DNA of 64,000 nucleotides. It comes from Thermoanaerobaculia bacterium (GTDB lineage Bacteria > Acidobacteriota > Thermoanaerobaculia > Multivoradales > Multivoraceae). Under the pieces are notes generated by a model. The model did no database searches and was not told the origin of the DNA. It worked only from the letters and a program-made list of their open reading frames with translations. The stretch spans positions 4,032,001 through 4,096,000 of the forward strand of contig OY762911.1 in NCBI GenBank assembly GCA_963666565.1, written 5' to 3'. Of this stretch, positions 57,230 through 64,000 are shown piece after piece; the stretch's first letter is position 1; every line of letters begins with the position of its first letter. The position numbers and the translations under genes are program-made.

Positions 57230-59656
57230 ATGACCCGGACCGTCGCCCGCCTCCTGCCGTTCTGGCCGACGCTCAGCCTGCTGGCGCTCGCGAGCGCCCT
57301 CCCCGTCCCGGCGGCGGCCCAGGAGGCCGGCGCGGCGGAAGCCGAAGCGGCGCCTGGCGGCAGCTTCGGGGAGGAGATCACCGTCACCGCCCGAAAGCGG
57401 GAGGAGAACCTCCAGGAGGTGCCCTTCTCCGTCGTCGCGCCGAGCGAGGAAGTACTCCGCAGCCGCGGCGCGGGCAACCTGGAGGACATCGCGGCCAACG
57501 TCGCGGGCTTCACCGTGCAGAACCTCGGCCCCGGCCAGAGCCAGGTGGCCATGCGCGGCGTCGCCTCGGGCCAGATCGTCCGCGACCAGCCCGGCGTCAA
57601 GGAGCAGGTCGGCATCTACCTCGACGAGTCCGTCGTCTCCCTGTCGCTCTTCACGCCCGACATCGACATCTTCGACATGTCCCGCGTCGAGGTCCTGCGC
57701 GGGCCGCAGGGCACCCTGTTCGGCTCCGGTTCGCTCGCCGGCACCGTCCGCTACATCACGAACCAGCCGGAACTGGGGGTCTCCGACGGCTTCGGGGAGT
57801 TCTCGCTCGCTTCCGTCGGCGACGGCGGCATGGGCGGCAGCGCGAAGGCCGCGGTCAACGTGCCGGTGGGCGACCGCTCGGCGATGCGGATCACCGCTTG
57901 GCACACCTCGTTCGGCGGTTTCATGGACGCGGTGCAGCCCGACCTGAGCGTCGACGAGGACGTGAACTCCGGCACGCGGACCGGCGCCCGGTGGGCCTTC
58001 CGCTTCGAGCCGTCCGAGAACGTGACGGTCACGCCCCGCCTCATCCACCAGGAAGTCGACATGGACGGCTGGAACCGGATCGACGACTTCAACATCCTGG
58101 CCAACCCGTACACGACCACGCGGCCCGCCGTGGATCTCGGCGAGCGCGAGCTCTTCACCCAGTTCGACGAGCCCTACACGGACGAGTTCCTGCTCGCCGA
58201 CCTGAAGGTCGAGATCGATCTCCCGGACGGCTACTACTTCACCTCCATCACCTCGACGACGGACCGCGACCTGCTCGTCGTGCGCGACTCGACCGCGCTG
58301 TACGCGAGCGTCGCCGGCGCGACGATCGGCCTGCCCGAACCGGTCTACACGCTGGACGCGCCCCTGATCGACGCCACGACCGCCACGGGCCTCACGCAGG
58401 AACTGCGGCTGGCGAGCGGCGACGAGTACACCCACTGGGTGCTCGGCCTCTTCTACGGCACGAGCGAGCGCGACTACGGCCAGAGTCTGCCGGTTACGGG
58501 CTTCGAGGCGATGAGCGGCATTCCCACCGCGGGCGCTTTCGGCGCCGCCGTCGACGAGCTCTTCTACTCGGACCTGAGCTACGAGTTCGACCAGACGGCG
58601 GCGTTCTTCGAGATCGCATGGACCGCGAGCGACCGGCTCGACCTGACCGCCGGCGCGCGCTGGTACGACTACGAGGAGACCCGAAGCCAGGTCTTCGACG
58701 GGCTGTTCGCCGAACCCGGGCCGACCGTGGGCGAGACGAGCGCGGACGGCATCGCCCCGCGCTTGATCGCCAGCTACGAGGCGACCGAGAACACGCGCCT
58801 CAACGCCCAGGTCTCGAAGGGCTTCCGGCTCGGCGGCATCAACGATCCGCTGAACGTGCCCGTCTGCACGCCGGAGGATCTCGCGACCTTCAGCGGCCGC
58901 GACAGTTGGGAGGACGAGGAGCTCTGGAACGTGGAGATCGGCTCGAAATCGACGATCCTGGGCGGTCGCGGCACGTTCAACGTCGCGGCATTCTCGATGG
59001 ACATCTCGAACCTGCAGACCACCGTCACCGCCGGTTCCTGCTCCTCCCGGCTCGTCTTCAACGTGCCCGACGCGCGCAGCACGGGCCTGGAGCTCGAGAT
59101 CACGGGTCAGCCGTCGGCGGCTTTCGACTTCGCGATCTCCGCCAGCTACGCGGACTCCGAACTCGGGTCGACCCTGACCTCGACCGCGGCCGATGGGACG
59201 ACCAGCGTCGTCTCCGGCATCGAGAAGGGCAACCGCCTGCCGACGGTGCCGGAGTTCCAGGCCGCCCTCGCCGCGACGTACCGCTGGGAAGCGGGAGACT
59301 GGGCCGGCTACCTCACGGGCGTCTTCCAGCACGTCGGCTCGCGCTTCACGCAGATCGGCGACCACGCGCCGGGGTTCGGCACGGTGAACCTGCTGGCGCT
59401 CTCCGCGACGAAGCCGATCGGCGGACCGCTCACGCAGGACGTGTTCCGGTTCGATCCCGAGATGCCGGCCTACGACCTCCTGAACCTGCGGCTCAGCTTC
59501 CTGAACGAGCGATGGGACGTGGCCCTCTTCGTCAACAACGCCCTCGACGAGCGGGCCTTCCTGGCCCTCGACCAGGAACGCGGCACGCGCGCCCGCGTCG
59601 GCTACCTGACGAACCGGCCGCGGACCATCGGCGTGAGCACCCGCATCGACTTCTGA
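57230..59656 (+). CDS. TonB-dependent receptor
   Basis: EEITVTARKREENLQEVP, RVEVLRGPQGTLFG, C-terminal 'RPRTIGVSTRIDF'; AAGGAG RBS. Confidence 0.95.
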   Translation: MTRTVARLLPFWPTLSLLALASALPVPAAAQEAGAAEAEAAPGGSFGEEITVTARKREENLQEVPFSVVAPSEEVLRSRGAGNLEDIAANVAGFTVQNLGPGQSQVAMRGVASGQIVRDQPGVKEQVGIYLDESVVSLSLFTPDIDIFDMSRVEVLRGPQGTLFGSGSLAGTVRYITNQPELGVSDGFGEFSLASVGDGGMGGSAKAAVNVPVGDRSAMRITAWHTSFGGFMDAVQPDLSVDEDVNSGTRTGARWAFRFEPSENVTVTPRLIHQEVDMDGWNRIDDFNILANPYTTTRPAVDLGERELFTQFDEPYTDEFLLADLKVEIDLPDGYYFTSITSTTDRDLLVVRDSTALYASVAGATIGLPEPVYTLDAPLIDATTATGLTQELRLASGDEYTHWVLGLFYGTSERDYGQSLPVTGFEAMSGIPTAGAFGAAVDELFYSDLSYEFDQTAAFFEIAWTASDRLDLTAGARWYDYEETRSQVFDGLFAEPGPTVGETSADGIAPRLIASYEATENTRLNAQVSKGFRLGGINDPLNVPVCTPEDLATFSGRDSWEDEELWNVEIGSKSTILGGRGTFNVAAFSMDISNLQTTVTAGSCSSRLVFNVPDARSTGLELEITGQPSAAFDFAISASYADSELGSTLTSTAADGTTSVVSGIEKGNRLPTVPEFQAALAATYRWEAGDWAGYLTGVFQHVGSRFTQIGDHAPGFGTVNLLALSATKPIGGPLTQDVFRFDPEMPAYDLLNLRLSFLNERWDVALFVNNALDERAFLALDQERGTRARVGYLTNRPRTIGVSTRIDF

Positions 59657-59661
59657 CTTCG

Positions 59662-59816
59662 CTGGGTGCGCGACTGGGTGCGCGGTCTTCCGACCCGCTT
59701 GCCGCCGTAGGTGGCGGACAGCGTCGTCGCCGGCCTTTGGCCGGCGGCCCTGTTGTCCGGGCTACGCCGCTTCGCGGCGCCGCCCATGTGCGGGTCGGAA
59801 GACCCGCGCACCCCAG
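59662..59816. repeat. Inverted REP-like pair (REPIN-like) between convergent genes
   Basis: CTGGGTGCGCGGTCTTCCGACCCGC (59674-59698, preceded by a duplicated CTGGGTGCGCG) and GCGGGTCGGAAGACCCGCGCACCCCAG (59790-59816). Confidence 0.85.
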
Positions 59817-59834
59817 CGGCGCCCAGCCGCCGCC

Positions 59835-60704
59835 TCACGGCGAATGCGGCTGCGCCGTAGCGGCAAGAACCCCCGTCGCCGCCAGCACCAGCAGAGCGAA
59901 GACGACCTCGAGAACCACCGTCACCGGCACCGGGTCGGTGTGCGGATCGGGGCGAAGGTTCATCCGCAGGTAGTTCACGCCGCCCAGGAACAGGACGACC
60001 GCGCTCACGGCCACCTTCGCCAGCAGGATCCGACCGTACGGCTCGGTCCGGAGCGCCTCCCAGCCGGGCAGGTAGAGGACCGTCATCACCACCCCGCTCG
60101 CGACCAGGACGGTCGCCGCGGTCACCGCCACCGGAGCGAAGGCGCCGAGCCAGAAGCGGCGCATGGACGCCGCTTCCGCCGCCGAAGCCTGGCGGCCCAT
60201 GAGCGGAAGCGCGAGGATGACGGTCAGCGTGCCGGCCCAGAAGCCGGCGCCGAGCACGTGGGCGCTCTGGGCGATCCACGCGGCAGGGTTGCCGAACGCA
60301 TGACCCGTCATCGGCAACGTCGCGGCCAGCCCGAGGGTCCCGATCCCGGTGATCGCCAGACCGATCCCGGCGAACCGGAAGGCCAGCAGGGCGCCGAACG
60401 TCGTGCCCGCCGCGGCGCCGACCTGCCAGCGCCATCGTCCTCCCCAACGGCTCTCGATCGCCACCGCCCGCAGGTTCTCCAGCGTGAACGCCTCGCCCGG
60501 CCCCCAGACCTCGACCGACTGGAAGACGGCCCGCAGCGCCAGCGCCGCGAGCAGCAGAAGGGACGAGAGCAGGGTGAGCCGCACCAGTTCGACGCGCTGG
60601 TCGCGAACCGCCAGGTCGTGCGGGCCGATCGCCTCCAGCAGCCGCATGCCGACCGCGCCGAAGACCAGGAGCAGGGGCGGATAGACGGCCCAGCGGCCGG
60701 CCAT
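59835..60704 (-). CDS. copD: CopD family copper resistance/uptake membrane protein
   Basis: SRWG, TGHA, AHVLGAGFWAG, YGRILLAKV, GGVNY; adjacent to copC. Confidence 0.85.
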   Translation of the reverse strand: MAGRWAVYPPLLLVFGAVGMRLLEAIGPHDLAVRDQRVELVRLTLLSSLLLLAALALRAVFQSVEVWGPGEAFTLENLRAVAIESRWGGRWRWQVGAAAGTTFGALLAFRFAGIGLAITGIGTLGLAATLPMTGHAFGNPAAWIAQSAHVLGAGFWAGTLTVILALPLMGRQASAAEAASMRRFWLGAFAPVAVTAATVLVASGVVMTVLYLPGWEALRTEPYGRILLAKVAVSAVVLFLGGVNYLRMNLRPDPHTDPVPVTVVLEVVFALLVLAATGVLAATAQPHSP

Positions 60705-60738
60705 CTCCCAGGTCAGTGCGGAATCCGGGCCCAGCGGC

Positions 60739-61122
60739 TCAGCGCCCTGCGCGGTCGATCGTGAAGCTCCACTCGCCGGTCAGCACATGGCCGTCGTCCC
60801 CGGCCGTCCGCCACCTGGCCGTGTACGAACCGTCCGGCATCCGGCCCGTGACCCTGGCCATCAGGTCCTTCTCGCCCATCGTGTGAAGGCCCTCGACCTT
60901 CATCGGCCCCGCGGGGCCTTCGAGTTCCAGCTTGCTCAGCGGCACGTCCGGTTCCTGGTTGAACCACACCCGCAGCGTCCGCACCGGCCCGGAGAGCGTC
61001 GCGCCGTCCTCGGGGCTGGTGTTCGACACCTTGAGGTGGGCGAACGCGGCGGTGGCGAGAACGAGAAGCAAAGCGGCGGCGCCGAAGGCCGCGGCTCTCC
61101 GAAAGCGGCGTCGATTCGTCAT
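60739..61122 (-). CDS. copC: CopC periplasmic copper-binding protein
   Basis: Signal then N-terminal His (AH|LKVSNTSP.DG), 'F.Q.P', 'G.Y...W.....DGH...G...F'. Confidence 0.9.
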   Translation of the reverse strand: MTNRRRFRRAAAFGAAALLLVLATAAFAHLKVSNTSPEDGATLSGPVRTLRVWFNQEPDVPLSKLELEGPAGPMKVEGLHTMGEKDLMARVTGRMPDGSYTARWRTAGDDGHVLTGEWSFTIDRAGR

Positions 61123-61304
61123 CGAGAACGTCTCCGTGCTTGCACGACGCCGGCGCCAGTGCCGGCGCGCGAGAAGTCGAGCGTACCAGCCGCAGCGCCG
61201 CCCCCCATTCTCGACCGAGCGGCGAGCCGGCGGGGACCGTCCGTCGTGCTAGCGTGCCCGTCCTTGACCACAGTATCGGCATCGCTTGGTCCTCGGAGGC
61301 TGTC

Positions 61305-61982
61305 GTGTCGCATGAACTTCCCAACAGAGACTTCCCGTGCTACTCCGTGGCCGACGCCGCTGCCATGGTCGGGATGCCAGCCCAGACTCTCCGGCGCTGG
61401 ATGCGCTCCGAGGAGCCGCTGATAACGCCCGCAGCTCCCGCCGAGACGGTCTGTCTGTCCTTCGCGAACCTCGTCGAAGCCCACGCTGTCGCGACTTTGC
61501 GCAGGAGGTTTCGTCTACCGCTGCAGCGCCTGCGTACGGGTGTCGCCTACTGCCGCGACCACGGCATAGACCGCCCCTTCCTTCAGGAAGACCTGCGAGC
61601 CGTGTCCATGAACGTCTACCTCGACAGAGACGGCCACATGGTCAACCTTGGCAGCTACGGCCAGTTGGGTATGAGGCCGGTCCTGGAAGACCACCTCGCA
61701 CGCGTCGTGTTCCGCCAGGGGAGCCCTCTGCGGTTCTTCCCGCTGACTCGCCCCGAAAAGTCGCCCCGCTTCGTGGCGGTCGATCCCGAGAGGTCCTTCG
61801 GCCGTCCGACGACCGCCGAGGGCTTCATCAGCACGTCCGTCATCTATTCTCGATTCTCGGCCGGCGAGTCGGTGATATCACTCGCTTCCGACTACGACAT
61901 CAGGGCACCATATGTCGAGGAGGCGATCCGCTACGAGGGTGTCCACGCCTGGACCCTCAAGCGAGACAGAGTTGCTGCGTGA
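61305..61982 (+). CDS. HTH + DUF433 antitoxin (VapB45-like)
   Basis: YSVADAA..TLRRW, LSFANLVEAH, VDPERSFGRP, RF.AGES...LA.DY...VEEAIRYE; GGAGG RBS. Confidence 0.85.
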   Translation: MSHELPNRDFPCYSVADAAAMVGMPAQTLRRWMRSEEPLITPAAPAETVCLSFANLVEAHAVATLRRRFRLPLQRLRTGVAYCRDHGIDRPFLQEDLRAVSMNVYLDRDGHMVNLGSYGQLGMRPVLEDHLARVVFRQGSPLRFFPLTRPEKSPRFVAVDPERSFGRPTTAEGFISTSVIYSRFSAGESVISLASDYDIRAPYVEEAIRYEGVHAWTLKRDRVAA

Positions 61983-62505
61983 CGACGAAGATCTCGAGTT
62001 CTTTGCCGACCGGGATCTCGGGAAAGCGTTCGTCGAGAGGATTCGCGCCGAGCGCATCTGCAGGATCACCGGCTATTCGGAGCGTTTCGGCGAAACCAAC
62101 GCGGACGACGACCACTGGATAGCTGAGATCGCCGATCACGGCATGGTCGCACTGTCCCACGACTCAGCGATAAGGCGTAGCCCGCTTGCGCGTCGCGCTG
62201 TCTACGTGCACAGATGCCGACTGTTCATTCTCCGAGGTCAAGTTTCGACGACCGTCCTGGCCGAGTTCTTCCTTTGCGCCTTCGACAAGGTCGTGCGGTT
62301 CGCATCCGAACGACAGCCGCCATTCATCGCGGTTATCGTCAGAAGACAGAGACTCGGGAAGACAGTCGTGAACGTCGAGATGGCCAAGAGCGCCGAACAA
62401 CTGTCAGAGGAGTTCGGTAGCGAGGGAGGTCCCGCTCCGGTGACCGACGTCAACTACCCCCAAACACTCCAATCTGGTAGAGCAGACCGATCAACTGCAA
62501 GATGA
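61972..62505 (+). CDS. VapC45-like PIN toxin
   Basis: FFADRDLG, DDDHWI, ALSHDSAIR; overlaps the antitoxin stop; TTG start inferred. Confidence 0.78.
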   Translation: MLRDDEDLEFFADRDLGKAFVERIRAERICRITGYSERFGETNADDDHWIAEIADHGMVALSHDSAIRRSPLARRAVYVHRCRLFILRGQVSTTVLAEFFLCAFDKVVRFASERQPPFIAVIVRRQRLGKTVVNVEMAKSAEQLSEEFGSEGGPAPVTDVNYPQTLQSGRADRSTAR

Positions 62506-62944
62506 CGCCGACTACCAGCGCGACCACAGCAATCGTCAGACTCTTGAGAGCGACCCTGAGCCTTTGGGAGTTCTGAGCGGTAGAACGAAGACTATGGAGC
62601 TGCGACCGTCCGGCGTGGGTGAGCGCGTACTTGCTTTCGCCTTTCTCGACCACCAGACCGTCCGCGATCAACTCCTGAAGACTTTGCGACCAGTCCTCCA
62701 TGTCTACCTCTCCCCCGTCCCAGTCCACGCCATCACGAAGATCGTAGACGAAGCGACGCTCCTCCAAGACGGCTTCGAGCCGCGCCCATAGTGCCTTGCC
62801 GTAACACTCCACTTGCTCCAGGAGAAATCGGTCAGTCGCGGCATCGGCCCAGACATGCCGGAAACCGGGATCGCGAATCAGATTCGTCCGTGATCGCTTC
62901 CTCCAGATCCGACGCCTCCACCGAACCTGAATCCTGCGCCACAT
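62450..62944 (-). CDS. Hypothetical protein, winged-helix-like region plus C-terminal TM
   Basis: AAGGAG RBS; 'LQELIADGLV....YALT.AGR' followed by a hydrophobic tail. Confidence 0.55.
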   Translation of the reverse strand: MWRRIQVRWRRRIWRKRSRTNLIRDPGFRHVWADAATDRFLLEQVECYGKALWARLEAVLEERRFVYDLRDGVDWDGGEVDMEDWSQSLQELIADGLVVEKGESKYALTHAGRSQLHSLRSTAQNSQRLRVALKSLTIAVVALVVGVILQLIGLLYQIGVFGGS

Positions 62945-63557
62945 TGATTTTCTCCTTCGTCGAATCGATGCGACTTGTTGTGAAGAGCGCTGTGCAATCT
63001 GCTGTGGAGCGCGCTGCCACTTCGGTTTCCCGGCACGCGCAAGGGAGGACGCTCCGGTGCCATCGCTCCCAGAGTATGCCACCGCTTCCTCCCGACCGCC
63101 GGACTGTGCTCTCTCCGGGCGGCTACGGACTCCCGCCGTCTCGGGCCGAGAGCCCTCCGGCAGGTTCACTCCCTGAGCAGAAGGTCTCGGCTTCGCGCGC
63201 TACCTGGTCGGTCTGGCGGTCTGACTTCGGTGGATCAGGGACGCTGGCCGTCGGCAGAACGGGGGAACGGCAGAGTGCTCCACGTGCTTCCTCGGGTCTT
63301 GGGCCGAGGATGCGGCTTGTCCGAGGTCGTGCCCCTGACGACAGAACGACGGGTTCGACAATCTTCCGGGCTGAGCAGGCGGTCTCGACGGCGCAACCGC
63401 TCGCGCCGCACGTCCGTCGTCGTGCGGTTCTGATTCCAGTTCCTGCGGGAGCGCGGGACGGTGTGTCATGATTCTTCCCACATGACGACAACTTGTTCGG
63501 TGAAGACTGGGCCGCGCGGGAAGCGGTACGCTCGTGGCGTCTGACGCGCCGAGTCCA

Positions 63558-64000
63558 ATGTCCTCAACCACCAAAGGCGAGCCGCGGAGCGATCCCTACA
63601 CCGTCCGCGAGGGCGGCGCGGTCGAGCCGCCTTCCAACTGGCGCGCACGCCTCCGCTACCTCGGGCCGAGCGTCGTCATCTCGGGATCGATCGTCGGCTC
63701 GGGCGAGATCATCCTCACCTCGGGCCTCGGCGCCGCCGCGGGCTTCGTCATGCTGTGGTGGGTGCTCCTCTCGTGCTGGATCAAGTCGCTCATCCAGGCC
63801 GAGCTGGGCCGCTACATTCTGGTCTCGGGCGACACCTACGTCCGCGCAATGAACCGGCTGCCGGGCAAGATCGCGCTCGGCCGGGGGCGCATCAGCCTCC
63901 CGGTCCTCATCGCCCTGATCGCGATCGTCCCGGGGATCATGGGGCTCGGCGGGATCATCGGCGGCGCCGGCCAGGCGCTCACGCTGCTCTATCCGAGCCT
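63558..64000 (+). CDS. NRAMP-like (YcsG-type) transporter, 5' part (runs off the window)
   Basis: Translated by hand: MSSTTKGEP..RLRYLGPSVVISGSIVGSGEIILT..GA.AGFVMLW.VLLSC.IK..IQAELGRY. Confidence 0.85.
   Translation, partial: MSSTTKGEPRSDPYTVREGGAVEPPSNWRARLRYLGPSVVISGSIVGSGEIILTSGLGAAAGFVMLWWVLLSCWIKSLIQAELGRYILVSGDTYVRAMNRLPGKIALGRGRISLPVLIALIAIVPGIMGLGGIIGGAGQALTLLYPS

Overview
A very GC-rich, gene-dense bacterial window. Gene content suggests Acidobacteriota, Thermoanaerobaculia-like and possibly sponge- or host-associated (inference from plant-type LRR proteins, the 'WFF..N.EVL.KVLDGC..NG..W' domain and carboxypeptidase-regulatory repeat proteins). In order it holds: four paralogous secreted repeat proteins interrupted by a NoeA-like methyltransferase pair; a lipoprotein pseudogene; an SDR/IOR/thioredoxin/acyl-CoA dehydrogenase block with a 3x84-bp RBS+mini-ORF repeat; several hydrolases; two TonB-dependent receptors; DUF6152 plus four paralogues of an uncharacterised periplasmic 'PDL.G.W...EY.C' family near a heme c/PQQ dehydrogenase; a probable AhpD-like selenoprotein (CFYU plus SECIS-like hairpin); three PIN-type toxin-antitoxin loci; a DUF547-radical SAM fusion with an IS1380 inserted in its promoter; an LRR gene frameshifted at a G9 tract; a heme c/copper monooxygenase-rhodanese-TBDR cluster facing copCD; and a partial NRAMP-like transporter. 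A REP-like palindrome family is dispersed throughout, and many genes look leaderless. I saw no rRNA, intact tRNA or CRISPR array. Family names come from motif recognition by eye, not database searches.
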